NCBI GenBank assembly: GCA_965215365.1
Contig: CBDCDS010000003.1
Span: 2,112,001-2,176,000, forward strand
Direction: 5' to 3'
Source: Gammaproteobacteria bacterium
GTDB lineage: Bacteria > Pseudomonadota > Gammaproteobacteria > Eutrophobiales > Eutrophobiaceae
DNA length: 64,000 nt
In this document: piece after piece, positions 32,710 to 43,525 of the stretch
Layout of the letters: each line of letters opens with the position of its first letter
Position numbering within the stretch: the stretch's first letter is position 1
The notes under the pieces: generated by a model
Told to the model about the DNA's origin: nothing
Seen by the model: only the letters and a program-made list of their open reading frames with translations
Database searches by the model: none
Program-made: the position numbers and the translations under genes

Positions 32710-33312
32710 TTATTCAGCCGACCCCGTATCCATGTTGACGAGGCGCACCCGGTCGGCGCGCCGGGTACTGACCTGCTGACCCGGTTTCGGCGTGCGGCGG
32801 GCGCGCGACGGGCGCATAGTCAGGCCGATGGCCGCAATAATTGCCACCAACAGTATGGCGCCAGCCACCTCGAAGGGGTAGAGGTATTCGCGGAACAGAG
32901 TGCGGCCAAGCAGGCGGGTATTGCCGACCGCAGCTTCAACCTGCGCCATGCCGGCGCTGAGGTCGGGCAGAATGTCGGCGCGGCCTACAATCAGCGCCAG
33001 GGCGGCCAGCATCAGCACGGCTACCAGCAGCCCGATAGGTAAAAACCGCGCAAACCCCTCGCGCAGAGTCGAAATGTTGAGGTCCAGCATCATCACCACG
33101 AACAGGAACAGCACCATCACCGCGCCCACATACACCAGCACCAGTGCAATGGCTAGGAATTCCGCATGCAGCAACAGCCAAATCGCAGCACTGGAAAAAA
33201 ATGCCAGGATCAAAAACAGCGCCGCATGCACCGGGTTGCGCACGGTAATCACCATGCTGGCTGAGATGACCAGCAGGGCCGCAAAAATATAAAAAACAGA
33301 CTGCTCCACCAT
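32710..33312 (-). CDS. nuoJ: NADH-quinone oxidoreductase subunit J
   Basis: RNPVHAAL, VYVGAVMVLFLFVVMML, YPFE. Confidence 0.95.
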   Translation of the reverse strand: MVEQSVFYIFAALLVISASMVITVRNPVHAALFLILAFFSSAAIWLLLHAEFLAIALVLVYVGAVMVLFLFVVMMLDLNISTLREGFARFLPIGLLVAVLMLAALALIVGRADILPDLSAGMAQVEAAVGNTRLLGRTLFREYLYPFEVAGAILLVAIIAAIGLTMRPSRARRTPKPGQQVSTRRADRVRLVNMDTGSAE

Positions 33313-33314
33313 GG

Positions 33315-33800
33315 TTAGCGGTACAGGGCTTCGGCGGCGCGATCACGTGCGATTTGTTCTTCTGCCAGATCGCCGACTTCGAGCAAACGCTGCTTGGTCA
33401 TAAGCAGGTCGGCGCGCTGTTCGCCGTGGTACTCGTAGATACGTGTCTCAACAATAGAGTCGACCGGGCAGGACTCCTCGCAGAAGCCGCAAAATATACA
33501 CTTTGACAAGTCTATGTCATAACGGGTGGTGCGACGGCTGCCGTCATCCCGTTGTTCGGATTCGATAGTGATGGCTACGGCCGGGCATACTGCCTCGCAC
33601 AGCTTGCAGGCTATGCAGCGTTCCTCGCCGTTGGGGTAACGACGCAGTGCATGCAGCCCTCGGAACCGGGGCGACTGCGGGGTCTTCTCCTCCGGGTACT
33701 GCACGGTCACCTTGCGCCGGAACAGGTAACGCCCGGTCAGCTGCAGCCCCTTGAGCAGCTCCCATAACAGAAAACTCCGGAAATGGTCTTTAATTTTCAT
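33315..33800 (-). CDS. nuoI: NADH-quinone oxidoreductase subunit I
   Basis: [12 protein letters not shown] and [12 protein letters not shown]. Confidence 0.96.
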   Translation of the reverse strand: MKIKDHFRSFLLWELLKGLQLTGRYLFRRKVTVQYPEEKTPQSPRFRGLHALRRYPNGEERCIACKLCEAVCPAVAITIESEQRDDGSRRTTRYDIDLSKCIFCGFCEESCPVDSIVETRIYEYHGEQRADLLMTKQRLLEVGDLAEEQIARDRAAEALYR

Positions 33801-33802
33801 TA

Positions 33803-34921
33803 TCAGTTGAACCAAGGACCGACTCCAGCCACGACCATGCCGGAAATAACGACTATCCAGACCATGGTAATGGGCAGGAACACTTTCCAGCCCAGGCGCA
33901 TGATCTGGTCATAACGATAACGCGGGAACGTCGCCCTGAGCCACAGGAACAGGAATAAAAATGCCGAGGTTTTGAGTAGCAGCCAGAGTATATTCGGCTC
34001 ACTCAGCCAAGTCAGCTCGCCCACCACTGGCATGCCCTGAAACGGCGATAACCAGCCGCCGCAAAAAAGCACTGCGGTGAGCACGGCGATGAGCACCATA
34101 TTGGCATATTCAGCCATGAAGAAAATGGAAAATGCCATGCCGCCATACTCAACGTGGAAGCCGGCCACCAGTTCTGATTCACCCTCGGCCACGTCAAACG
34201 GCGCGCGGTTGGTCTCAGCCACGCCGGATATAAAATACACTAGGAAGATGGGTAGCAACGGCAACCAGTACCAGTGCAGGATGCTGCCGCTCTGTGCCAT
34301 AATGATCTGCCCTAGGTTCAGGCTGCCGGCCGCGATCAGTACGCATACCAGCGCAAAGCCCATGGCGATCTCGTAGGAAACGATCTGAGCGGCGGAGCGC
34401 ATGGCACCTAGGAAGGCATACTTGGAATTCGAGGCCCAGCCGGCAATGATAATGCCGTACACGGCCAGCGAAGTGAGCGCCAAGATGTACAGCAGGCCGG
34501 CATTGATATCAGCCAGCACTAGGGTGTCATCAAACGGGATGACCGCCCAAGCGGCCAAAGACGGAGCGATGGCCAATACCGGCGCCATGACGAACAGGCG
34601 TTTATTGGCACCGGTGGGGATGATGATCTCCTTGAAGAGCAGCTTGACGGCATCGGCGACGGGCTGTCCTAATCCCCACAGGCGCCGCCCGATGAAGCCT
34701 ACGCGGTTGGGCCCTATACGGCATTGAATATAGCCGATAACCTTGCGCTCTGCATACGTCATGTAGGCCACACAGGCCAACAACGGCAATATGATAGCTG
34801 CGATCTTCACCAGTGTTTCCAGCGTGTACAGCGTATAATCAGCGTAACTGTCTGGAACCACCAAGGAGACCGCCGGCGCCAGCAGCCAGTCACTGATCAG
34901 GTTGAACAGCTGCTCAATCAT
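33803..34921 (-). CDS. nuoH: NADH-quinone oxidoreductase subunit H
   Basis: [37 protein letters not shown]. Confidence 0.96.
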   Translation of the reverse strand: MIEQLFNLISDWLLAPAVSLVVPDSYADYTLYTLETLVKIAAIILPLLACVAYMTYAERKVIGYIQCRIGPNRVGFIGRRLWGLGQPVADAVKLLFKEIIIPTGANKRLFVMAPVLAIAPSLAAWAVIPFDDTLVLADINAGLLYILALTSLAVYGIIIAGWASNSKYAFLGAMRSAAQIVSYEIAMGFALVCVLIAAGSLNLGQIIMAQSGSILHWYWLPLLPIFLVYFISGVAETNRAPFDVAEGESELVAGFHVEYGGMAFSIFFMAEYANMVLIAVLTAVLFCGGWLSPFQGMPVVGELTWLSEPNILWLLLKTSAFLFLFLWLRATFPRYRYDQIMRLGWKVFLPITMVWIVVISGMVVAGVGPWFN

Positions 34922-37295
34922 GCTCAACCCCGGTGACCGAGACTCTGCCGGCCAGCGGGCCCAACCCGGCGCTGTCGGCATGGCCGCCGTGGATTAACAC
35001 ACAGTCATCCGCCACGGTGTGATCGATCTGTAACGGCAGCCGTACCCGGCCCGATTGGCTGCTCACCTCCACGAGCCCGGAGCCGCCCAACTCCAGCTTG
35101 TTGGCAGTTTTTTCGTTGACATGCACCAACCCGTCGGCAACATCACCGGTCTGTTGCAGGGCCGGGGCATGACGCACTAACGAGTCCACCGAATTCATGG
35201 GCACATAACCGATACGTTCCAAGCCTGCGTCCGCAGCTACGACCGGTAGCGCCGGTGGGGCGCCCAAAGCGCTGGCGGTATCGGGCTGAACTTTGTCCGC
35301 CAGCGCCAGCACCGTTGCGCGCACCGCCTCGAACCCGGCATACTTGAACCCTTCAAGGCCCAGGCTGCCGGCTATGGAGCAAAATATCTGCCAAGCCGGA
35401 CGGGCGCTGCCCGGCGGCGCTACCGCCGCCTCAAAGCACTGCCGGCGTCCTTCCAGATTCAGGAATGAGCCCGGATTTTCTGCATACAAGGCCATCGGCA
35501 ATAACACCTGGGCATAGTCCAGCGCGCGTCTGTAGCCGGTCACCGCAATGACGCATTCAACACGGGACAGCGCATCCCGAGCCTGTTTCCCGTCAAAAAA
35601 ATCCAGTTCTGGTTCTGCATTCAGCAACAGGCAGGCGGCCAGCTCATGCTTCAACATGGCGCCGGCATCCAGGCCGTTGGCGGCGCCGACCATGCCCGGC
35701 AACCGGTGCGGCACCGCCCCGGCCAGCCAGGCACCGGCGCTGTTGGCGCCGTAGTCCAAGCAACCGAAGGTGCCGGTAAGCCGTTGCGCCAGAGTTGCGC
35801 CCAGGTAACGCAATACGGAAAAATGCGGATGAGAAATGCCCAGGCTACCGATGAACACCGCCGGCCTGCCGGCGGTACTGAGTGCCTGTGCCAACGTTTC
35901 GTGCCGGGCACTCGGGCGCACCTCTGCCAGCAACCGGCTCAGCTCTGCATCCGGGTCCTGGTCGCCGACCACGGCTTTTACCACCGCCGCAACCTCCATG
36001 ACCAAGCGCTCGGGGGCTGTGATTTGTTTGTGAGCCAGTTCAAAGTTGAAATCAAAATCCACCGGATTGATCACCATCACCCGGGCGCCGGCGCGCGCCG
36101 CCTGGCGCAGCCGGTGGTTGAAGATAGGCTGATCCTTGCGCGGGAAACCACCGATGAGCAGCACCGCATCAAGCTGCTCAACCTGTTGCAGGGTAAGACC
36201 CAGGCCGGGAGCGGCCGGCGCCTGATCCTGGTCGGTGAAATCAGTTTGCCGTAAACGATGGTCGATATTGTCAGAGCCCAGCCCGCGCAGCAGTTGCTGC
36301 GCCAGATAGCACTCCTCAGAGGTTGCCGAAGGCGAAATCAGCGCGCCGATGGAACCCGCGCCCTGCTCTTTGGTAATGGCTTGAAGTTTGTTTGAGACAT
36401 ACTCAATGGCTGTTTGCCACCCGACTTCGTGCCAGCCCTGTTCATCTCTGAGCATGGGAGCGGTCAGACGTTCGGCGCTGTTCAGGCCCTCATAACTGAA
36501 GCGATCGCGATCGGACAGCCAGACCTCGTTAACGTCTTCGTTTGCAGCCGGGGCCACGCGTTTGACCTGGTCGTTTTTGACATGAAAATGGATATTTGAG
36601 CCTACCGGATCATGTACGGCGACCCCTTCGTGCTGAGTCATCTCCCAGGTACGGGCACGAAAGCGGAACGGCTTGGAGGTCAGCGCGCCCACCGGACACA
36701 GGTCTATGACATTGCCAGACAGCTCGGAGGTCATGCTCTTTTCAATATAGGTACCGATCTCCATGAATTCACTGCGCCCGGTCGCGCCCAGCTCACGCAG
36801 ACCGGCAATTTCTTCGCCAAAACGCACGCAACGGGTGCAATGGATGCAGCGGGTCATGTCGGTCTGCACCAGCGGCCCGATGTTCTTGTCCCGCACTACC
36901 CGCTTGTTTTCTTGGTAGCGGGATACATCTCTGCCGTAGCCCATGGCCAAGTCCTGCAACTCGCATTCCCCGCCCTGGTCACAGATGGGACAATCCAGCG
37001 GGTGGTTGATGAGCAGGAATTCCATGACCGATTTTTGCGCATCCAACGCCAGCGCCGAGCGAGTATGAACTTTCATGCCGGGCGCCACCGGCGTGGCGCA
37101 GGCAGGCAACGGTTTGGGCGCTTTTTCCACCTCCACCAGGCACATGCGGCAGTTGGCGGCCACGCTCAATTTGTGGTGGTAACAAAAGCGCGGTACATAG
37201 TTGTCGATCCGGTCAGTCACTTCGATCAGCATCTGCCCGGGCTGCGCTTCGACTGCCCGCCCGTCAATCTCGATTGTTATGGAATCATCAGGCAT
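34914..37295 (-). CDS. nuoG: NADH-quinone oxidoreductase subunit G
   Basis: [39 protein letters not shown]. Confidence 0.96.
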   Translation of the reverse strand: MPDDSITIEIDGRAVEAQPGQMLIEVTDRIDNYVPRFCYHHKLSVAANCRMCLVEVEKAPKPLPACATPVAPGMKVHTRSALALDAQKSVMEFLLINHPLDCPICDQGGECELQDLAMGYGRDVSRYQENKRVVRDKNIGPLVQTDMTRCIHCTRCVRFGEEIAGLRELGATGRSEFMEIGTYIEKSMTSELSGNVIDLCPVGALTSKPFRFRARTWEMTQHEGVAVHDPVGSNIHFHVKNDQVKRVAPAANEDVNEVWLSDRDRFSYEGLNSAERLTAPMLRDEQGWHEVGWQTAIEYVSNKLQAITKEQGAGSIGALISPSATSEECYLAQQLLRGLGSDNIDHRLRQTDFTDQDQAPAAPGLGLTLQQVEQLDAVLLIGGFPRKDQPIFNHRLRQAARAGARVMVINPVDFDFNFELAHKQITAPERLVMEVAAVVKAVVGDQDPDAELSRLLAEVRPSARHETLAQALSTAGRPAVFIGSLGISHPHFSVLRYLGATLAQRLTGTFGCLDYGANSAGAWLAGAVPHRLPGMVGAANGLDAGAMLKHELAACLLLNAEPELDFFDGKQARDALSRVECVIAVTGYRRALDYAQVLLPMALYAENPGSFLNLEGRRQCFEAAVAPPGSARPAWQIFCSIAGSLGLEGFKYAGFEAVRATVLALADKVQPDTASALGAPPALPVVAADAGLERIGYVPMNSVDSLVRHAPALQQTGDVADGLVHVNEKTANKLELGGSGLVEVSSQSGRVRLPLQIDHTVADDCVLIHGGHADSAGLGPLAGRVSVTGVEHD

Positions 37296-37353
37296 GTTGC
37301 TTTTGCCACGGGGCTACGCTCGCGCTTTCGGCACAAACCGTAACAGTAAACTA

Positions 37354-38646
37354 TTAATGAGCATTAACAAGGCTTTGCCCCTGGTTTTTTATCATATACT
37401 CAAACTCGTGCCGGTAGTGTTTCATGAAGCTTTGCACCGGCCAGGCGGCGGCATCGCCCAGCGCACAGATGGTGCGCCCCTCTATCTTATTGGCAACATC
37501 CACCAGCTTGTCCAGGTCGGCCATAGTACCCTGGCCGTCGATGATACGGGACAGCATGCGGTAGAGCCAACCGGTGCCTTCCCGACATGGCGTGCATTGG
37601 CCGCAGGATTCGGCAAAATAGAAACGGGAGATGCGTTGCAGCATTTTAACCATGCAGGTGCTCTCGTCCATCACCACCACCGCGCCGGAACCAATGGAAG
37701 AGCCGGCGGCGCGCAGGGAATCATAATCCATATTGGTTTCCAGCATGATTTCGCCCGGCACCACCGGCACTGAGGAACCGCCGGGAATCACCGCTTTCAA
37801 TTTGCGCCCGTTCCATACGCCGCCGGCCAGCGCCAGCAACTCACGGAAGGGCATACCCAGCGGCACCTCGAAGTTGCCTGGCGCGACCACGTGACCACTG
37901 ACGGAAAAGCACTTGGCGCCGCCGCTGTTTGCCACACCCAGGTCGGCGAACCATTGTGCTCCTTTCAGGATGATAGCTGGCGCCGAGCAGAAACTTTCGG
38001 TGTTGTTGATGGTGGTGGGCCGGCCGTACAAACCGTACTGGGCCGGGAACGGCGGTTTGAAGCGAGGTTTGCCCGGTTTGCCTTCCAATGATTCCAATAG
38101 CGCGGTTTCTTCCCCACAAATATAGGCGCCGGCGCCCAGCACTGCATGAACATCGACATTTACGCCGGAACCAAGAATGTCCCGGCCCAGGTAGCCGGCA
38201 GCGTAAGCCTCCTGCACGGCGCCGGCGAAGCGCTGGTAGGGCTCATCCATAAACTCACCGCGGATATAATTATAGGCTACCGCCGCGCCCATCGCATAGC
38301 AGGCGATGGCCAGCCCTTCCACCAGCGCGTGCGGGTTAAAACGCAGAATGTCCCGGTCCTTGCAGGTGCCGGGTTCGCTTTCGTCGGAATTACACACCAC
38401 GTACTTCGGGTTGGGTGCGTCCGGGTTCATAAAACTCCACTTCAAGCCGGTGGGAAAACCGGCGCCGCCGCGTCCGCGCAGGCCAGAACCCTTGATCTGT
38501 TCGGTGACCTCACGGGGTGGAATTTTTTCCTCAAGAATCTTCTTCCAGGCTGCGTAGCCGTCCACCCGGTAATAATTTTCCAGCGTCCACGGTTGCTCGT
38601 ATTTGAGCGTGGCGTAACAGACCGAATTGATGCCGTTGGCGCTCAT
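37354..38646 (-). CDS. nuoF: NADH-quinone oxidoreductase subunit F
   Basis: GRGGAGFPTGLKW, GAGAYICGEETAL, ESCGQCTPCREG. Confidence 0.97.
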   Translation of the reverse strand: MSANGINSVCYATLKYEQPWTLENYYRVDGYAAWKKILEEKIPPREVTEQIKGSGLRGRGGAGFPTGLKWSFMNPDAPNPKYVVCNSDESEPGTCKDRDILRFNPHALVEGLAIACYAMGAAVAYNYIRGEFMDEPYQRFAGAVQEAYAAGYLGRDILGSGVNVDVHAVLGAGAYICGEETALLESLEGKPGKPRFKPPFPAQYGLYGRPTTINNTESFCSAPAIILKGAQWFADLGVANSGGAKCFSVSGHVVAPGNFEVPLGMPFRELLALAGGVWNGRKLKAVIPGGSSVPVVPGEIMLETNMDYDSLRAAGSSIGSGAVVVMDESTCMVKMLQRISRFYFAESCGQCTPCREGTGWLYRMLSRIIDGQGTMADLDKLVDVANKIEGRTICALGDAAAWPVQSFMKHYRHEFEYMIKNQGQSLVNAH

Positions 38647-39131
38647 TATTCCAGCCCGTCCAGCACGGCATCGACTTTGTCCGGGGTCAGGTTTTCATAA
38701 TATTTATGGTCCACCATCATCATGGGAGCGCCACAGCAGGCGGCCAGACATTCCTCTTCCTGTTTCAGATAGACACGGTTGTCGGCGCTGCTCTGACCCA
38801 CTTTTATCCCCAGTTTGTTCTCGATATGGGCGACGATCTCGTCGGCGCCGCGTAACATGCAGGAGATATTGGTGCATACCGACACGCTGTGGCGCCCGCA
38901 AGGCTCGGTCTCCAGCATGGAATAAAAACTGGCGACCTCGTACACGGCAATGCGCGGCAGGTGCAGATAGTCAGCCACTGCGTCCATCAAACCTTCGGTC
39001 AGATAGCCCTGGTTTTCATGTTGCGCGGCACGCAAGGCCGCAAGCACTGCGGACTGCTTTTGCCCGGCCGGGAAAATCGCGAGCCAACGCTCGACCTCCT
39101 CCTGCACGTGTTTTGATAACCCTTCGCTCAC
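38646..39131 (-). CDS. nuoE: NADH-quinone oxidoreductase subunit E
   Basis: VASFYSM, CTNISC, ECLAAC. Confidence 0.95.
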   Translation of the reverse strand: MSEGLSKHVQEEVERWLAIFPAGQKQSAVLAALRAAQHENQGYLTEGLMDAVADYLHLPRIAVYEVASFYSMLETEPCGRHSVSVCTNISCMLRGADEIVAHIENKLGIKVGQSSADNRVYLKQEEECLAACCGAPMMMVDHKYYENLTPDKVDAVLDGLE

Positions 39132-39152
39132 CCGGTAACCTCCTCCATTCCG

Positions 39153-39246
39153 TGAAAGCCAGCCGTTTGTTCGAGTATGAGACGTAGCGCATATTTTGCA
39201 GTGCCAGATACCATAACAAAGTAATCGGACAAGCGGCTGGCTTTCA
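39153..39246. repeat. 25-bp imperfect inverted repeat between nuoD and nuoE
   Basis: TGAAAGCCAGCCGTTTGTTCGAGTA ... TAATCGGACAAGCGGCTGGCTTTCA (22/25 complementary). Confidence 0.75.
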
Positions 39247-40500
39247 TCATCGGTCTATCTCGCCGAAGACTATATCCTGCGTCCCAATCACAGCCACCAC
39301 ATCTGCCAGCATGTGTCCCTGTACCATCTCGTGCAGGGCGGACAGGTGGACAAAACCCGGCGCGCGTATTTTCAGCCGATACGGTTTGTTGGCGCCATCG
39401 GAGACCAGGTAGATGCCAAACTCACCCTTGGGGTGCTCAATCGCGGCATACACGTCACCGGCGGGGATGCAATAGCCTTCGGTGAACAGTTTGAAGTGGT
39501 GGATCAGTGATTCCATATCATCTTTCATGGTCTCGCGCCGGGGCGGGACCAGTTTATGGTCATCAATGACGACCGGACCCGGATTGGCGCGCAGCCAGTC
39601 CACACACTGGCGGATAATGGTATTGGACTGGCGCAGCTCTTCCACGCGCACCAGATAGCGGTCATAACAGTCTCCGTTCATGCCCACCGGGATGGCAAAG
39701 TCCAGTTGCTCATAGACTTCATAGGGCTGTTTGCGGCGCAGATCCCATTCCACGCCCGACCCGCGCAACATAGGGCCGGTAAAACCCAGCGCAATGGCCC
39801 GTTCCGGCTCGACTACGCCAATGCCCACAGTGCGCTGTTTCCAGATACGGTTATCGGTGAGCAGCGTTTCATATTCATCTACACGCCCGGGGAATTGTTC
39901 GGTGAACGCGGCGATAAAATCCAGCAGTGACCCCTGGCGGGCCTCATTCATACTCGCCACTTCTTTAGCGGAGCGGTTGGCAGTGACCTGGTAATGCGGC
40001 ATCTGCGCCGGCAAATCCCGATAGACGCCGCCGGGGCGGTAGTAAGTGGCGTGCATACGGGTGCCTGAAACCGCTTCGTAGCAGTCCATCAGGTCTTCCC
40101 GCTCGCGGAAGCAGTACAGGAACATGCTCATGGCGCCGATGTCCAGGCCGTGTGCGCCCAGCCACATCAGGTGGTTGAGAATGCGGGTAATCTCGTCGAA
40201 CATGACCCGGATGTAGCGCGCCCGGATCGGCGGGGTGATGCCCAGCAGCTTTTCAATGGCCAGCACATAAGCGTGCTCGTTGCACATCATGGACACGTAA
40301 TCAAGGCGGTCCATGTAACCGATGCTCTGGTTATAGGGTTTACTCTCGGCCAGTTTTTCCGTGCCCCGATGCAACAGTCCGATATGCGGGTCGGCGCGCT
40401 CGATCACTTCCCCTTCCATCTCCAGCACCAGGCGCAACACGCCATGCGCGGCCGGATGCTGCGGACCGAAATTCATGGTCATGTTACGGATTTCAGGCAT
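39247..40500 (-). CDS. nuoD: NADH-quinone oxidoreductase subunit D
   Basis: [32 protein letters not shown]. Confidence 0.97.
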   Translation of the reverse strand: MPEIRNMTMNFGPQHPAAHGVLRLVLEMEGEVIERADPHIGLLHRGTEKLAESKPYNQSIGYMDRLDYVSMMCNEHAYVLAIEKLLGITPPIRARYIRVMFDEITRILNHLMWLGAHGLDIGAMSMFLYCFREREDLMDCYEAVSGTRMHATYYRPGGVYRDLPAQMPHYQVTANRSAKEVASMNEARQGSLLDFIAAFTEQFPGRVDEYETLLTDNRIWKQRTVGIGVVEPERAIALGFTGPMLRGSGVEWDLRRKQPYEVYEQLDFAIPVGMNGDCYDRYLVRVEELRQSNTIIRQCVDWLRANPGPVVIDDHKLVPPRRETMKDDMESLIHHFKLFTEGYCIPAGDVYAAIEHPKGEFGIYLVSDGANKPYRLKIRAPGFVHLSALHEMVQGHMLADVVAVIGTQDIVFGEIDR

Positions 40501-40511
40501 GACGAAAGGGG

Positions 40512-41168
40512 TTATTTCCCGACATAACGATTATCGTGCCTTATGGTCTTAGGCACCAATACCCGGTTTTTGATGGAGACCGGCTGATAGACCACCCGGC
40601 CTTCCTCCGGGTCGTAGCGCACTTCCACATCCCCTTCCAGCGGGAAGTCCTTGCGGAACGGGTGCCCACGGAAACCGTAGTCGGTGAGGATGCGGCGCAG
40701 GTCAGGATGGCCGTCGAAGAGAATGCCGAACAGATCGAATGCCTCTCGTTCAAACCAGTTGGCGCCCGGCCAGACCGGGGTGACCGAGGCGATCCGGGGT
40801 GGCTGCCCGGAGAGGAAACTACGTACTCTCAGGCGTCGGTTATGGGGCAGGGACAGCAGGTGGTAAACCACTGCAAAGCGGTCTTCCCGGTCTTCCGTAT
40901 CGATATACACGCCCTGGCTGACGCCGCGACTGAAGCCGGTGCGGGTAGTATCCCGGGTTTCCCAGTCGGCCTTGCCGTAGGCCAGATAATCGACGCCACA
41001 CAGGTCGGTCAGTTGATTGAATGCCAGAGCAGCATCGTCTCTCAGAGTCAGGCAAGCTGCGCTGATAGCGTCAGCCTTGACCTCAATAGTCAGCTGGCCG
41101 GTTTCCACACTGCCACTGACGATGGCAGCGCCCAAGCGCGCGCGCAGGTCGTTGAGAAGCGTATCCAT
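40512..41168 (-). CDS. nuoC: NADH-quinone oxidoreductase subunit C
   Basis: [40 protein letters not shown]; start is ATG 41168 or GTG 41213. Confidence 0.93.
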   Translation of the reverse strand: MDTLLNDLRARLGAAIVSGSVETGQLTIEVKADAISAACLTLRDDAALAFNQLTDLCGVDYLAYGKADWETRDTTRTGFSRGVSQGVYIDTEDREDRFAVVYHLLSLPHNRRLRVRSFLSGQPPRIASVTPVWPGANWFEREAFDLFGILFDGHPDLRRILTDYGFRGHPFRKDFPLEGDVEVRYDPEEGRVVYQPVSIKNRVLVPKTIRHDNRYVGK

Positions 41169-41190
41169 ATCAGGGTGAGACAGTACGGCC

Positions 41191-41679
41191 TTATCTTCTG
41201 ATGGTGTTGACACCGGTACGCCTGATCTTTTTCTGCAACTGCAACACCCCGAACAGCAACGCCTCTGCCGTCGGGGGGCAACCCGGCACGTAGATATCCA
41301 CCGGCACGATACGGTCGCAGCCGCGCACGACGGAATAGGAGTAATGGTAATAGCCACCGCCGTTGGCACAGGACCCCATGGAAATGACCCACTTGGGATC
41401 CGGCATCTGGTCATACACCCGACGCAGGGCCGGCGCCATCTTGTTCACCAGGGTGCCGGCAACGATCATCACATCGGACTGCCTGGGGCTGGGACGGAAT
41501 ATCACGCCGAAGCGATCCAGATCATAACGGGAGGCGCCGGCGTGCATCATCTCCACTGCACAACAGGCCAGACCAAACGTCATCGGCCACAGGGAGCCGG
41601 TACGCGCCCAGTTCACGAGGTTATCCACCGTGGTAGTCACAATACCGGGATGGTGAATTTTCTCTTCAGTGTCAGTCAA
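41191..41679 (-). CDS. nuoB: NADH-quinone oxidoreductase subunit B
   Basis: [30 protein letters not shown]. Confidence 0.97.
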   Translation of the reverse strand: MTDTEEKIHHPGIVTTTVDNLVNWARTGSLWPMTFGLACCAVEMMHAGASRYDLDRFGVIFRPSPRQSDVMIVAGTLVNKMAPALRRVYDQMPDPKWVISMGSCANGGGYYHYSYSVVRGCDRIVPVDIYVPGCPPTAEALLFGVLQLQKKIRRTGVNTIRR

Positions 41680-41684
41680 TCACT

Positions 41685-42041
41685 CTACTCCCACTCCAGC
41701 GCGCCCTTGCGCCATTCATAAATGAACCCGACCACCAGCACCGCCAGGAACAGCATCATCGCCCAAAAACCAACCATGCCGATGTCTCGCAACGCCACCG
41801 CCCAGGGAAAGAAAAAGGCAATTTCCAGGTCAAAAATGATAAACAGGATGGCGATCAGATAATAACGCACGTCGAACTGTATCCTGGCATCCTCAAAGGC
41901 ATCAAAACCGCATTCGTAAGGCAACTGCTTGGCGCTATCCGGCCGCTTCGGCCCCAGCAAGTAGCCCAACACGAAAAATGCGCCACCCAAACCGAGGCCG
42001 ACAACCAAGAATATGAGAATTGGCAGGTAGTTTTCCAGCAT
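41685..42041 (-). CDS. nuoA: NADH-quinone oxidoreductase subunit A
   Basis: [23 protein letters not shown]. Confidence 0.97.
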   Translation of the reverse strand: MLENYLPILIFLVVGLGLGGAFFVLGYLLGPKRPDSAKQLPYECGFDAFEDARIQFDVRYYLIAILFIIFDLEIAFFFPWAVALRDIGMVGFWAMMLFLAVLVVGFIYEWRKGALEWE

Positions 42042-42258
42042 GGAGGGGGATTATACCCGGATCACGCGGAGAAAAAAATACTTTGTTCAGGTTCAATACC
42101 CACAACTTGACCCTGCCGGCCGGATTGGTACTGAATGGGCAAAGTGAAATAAAGCGTGAATTAGGTGCCGGTATAACCGGAGTAGCAGGCGAGCTCACCA
42201 ACACGCTCCTTCCAGCCGTCGGCGTACAGTCAGTGCCGTTTATATCGGTGAGGGCCGC

Positions 42259-43329
42259 TCAGAAGCCGGGGACCGGGAGGGGTGTCTGCGCCTTGGTCTT
42301 AATCACAACCTGATCAAATTCTGATTGCAGGTTATCCCGGAGGGGTTGCGGCAAGCCTCTCAGCGCATCACTGTCTGGCGGGTAATCGTGCAGGTAGTCC
42401 TTGAGCAGTTGCAGCACGGCGATTCCCTGTCTTTTGTCACGCACTTTCTTTACCGGCGACCGGTCGGCCCGCCCTGACAGCCAGAGTTTATAGGCGGCAA
42501 ACACCCTAGGGTCAGGGACATCGAATACCACCGGTAAACCGTCATTCCCGATCACGGTGGTGCTCACAACGGGCGCGGCGTACAGCCAGTCAAGATTGCG
42601 GAGCTCGACCGCAATGAGGTCAACAGGATCGTGGCGGCGTCTCGTAAGGGAGGTCTGGGAGGGTTTATGGGGCTGTGCCGGCGCCGGCTTGATCAGGTCC
42701 ACCATATATCCCCTTGCATTGGTGGCGCGATACGGCGCATTCGGCATACGCTCGAAGGTTCGGTCCGCTTTTTTGAGCAGCGATAACAATCCTCCGACAG
42801 GTTCAACCACAGCGAGATTCAGTTTTCTCTTAACATCCCACATCAGGTCGATGTCCTCAGATGCCAACAAGGCCGGATCTAAGTGCACGCCCGCTATGTT
42901 TTCATAAGCGAACAGCGCGTTGGTACCGACCACAATGAGCGGATGAGAACCGGTGTTGACAAGGCGGATAGAACGCGCAACATCTGCCGCAATTTTCGGC
43001 ACCCGGTTAATTCCTGCCGCAATACAAAACCCGCGCTGCTGCGCCAATCGGTCCAGCAGCGACTTACGCCTCTCGCCCAGTTCGGCTTTTCTGGCATGGA
43101 AATTATCGTATATTTCCTGGGTACGCGCGTCCCTTGCCCCCAGGCTTTTGCCATCGCCGCGGCTGTTACGTTGCCTGAACAGGTAGTCCTTGCCGTTGAC
43201 TTTTTTCCATCGCATGGAACCGCGGTGGCTGCGAAATTGCGAATCCGCCGCCAGATAGGCTTCGTACAGCTGAGATACGTCAATCAGGATGCGTCGCGCA
43301 TTTTCATTTATCTCACTGATATTCATCAC
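42259..43329 (-). CDS. GSU2403-family nucleotidyltransferase-fold protein
   Basis: GSMRWK...DYL, KSLG, VVGTNALFAYE, EDIDLMWD, PDPRVFA.YKLWLS, K..RD; family call from recognition only. Confidence 0.75.
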   Translation of the reverse strand: MMNISEINENARRILIDVSQLYEAYLAADSQFRSHRGSMRWKKVNGKDYLFRQRNSRGDGKSLGARDARTQEIYDNFHARKAELGERRKSLLDRLAQQRGFCIAAGINRVPKIAADVARSIRLVNTGSHPLIVVGTNALFAYENIAGVHLDPALLASEDIDLMWDVKRKLNLAVVEPVGGLLSLLKKADRTFERMPNAPYRATNARGYMVDLIKPAPAQPHKPSQTSLTRRRHDPVDLIAVELRNLDWLYAAPVVSTTVIGNDGLPVVFDVPDPRVFAAYKLWLSGRADRSPVKKVRDKRQGIAVLQLLKDYLHDYPPDSDALRGLPQPLRDNLQSEFDQVVIKTKAQTPLPVPGF

Positions 43330-43438
43330 TTTTGCCTTAAAAGTTTTATTTTCTGTCAGGTTAAGGATAAAGTGTTTATAAATAAATAGTTAGAGAATTA
43401 TAGCGCGAGATACTGGTCGATGTCAAAAAAATACTATA

Positions 43439-43465
43439 GGCCACCTCTAATTAATAGATGTGACC
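43439..43465. repeat. Degenerate MITE-B palindrome
   Basis: GGCCACCTCTAATTAATAGATGTGACC, 25/27 identical to 22731-22757. Confidence 0.7.
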
Positions 43466-43525
43466 TTTTGAGCTTCTGCCCGGCCGACAGTATCTTTCGA
43501 TAGCAGCCCTGTGGCAGTCAACGCA

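Noticed and set aside
42042-42258. tRNA-Leu expected upstream of nuoA
   Set aside because: No cloverleaf or T-loop/CCA pattern was recognised on either strand
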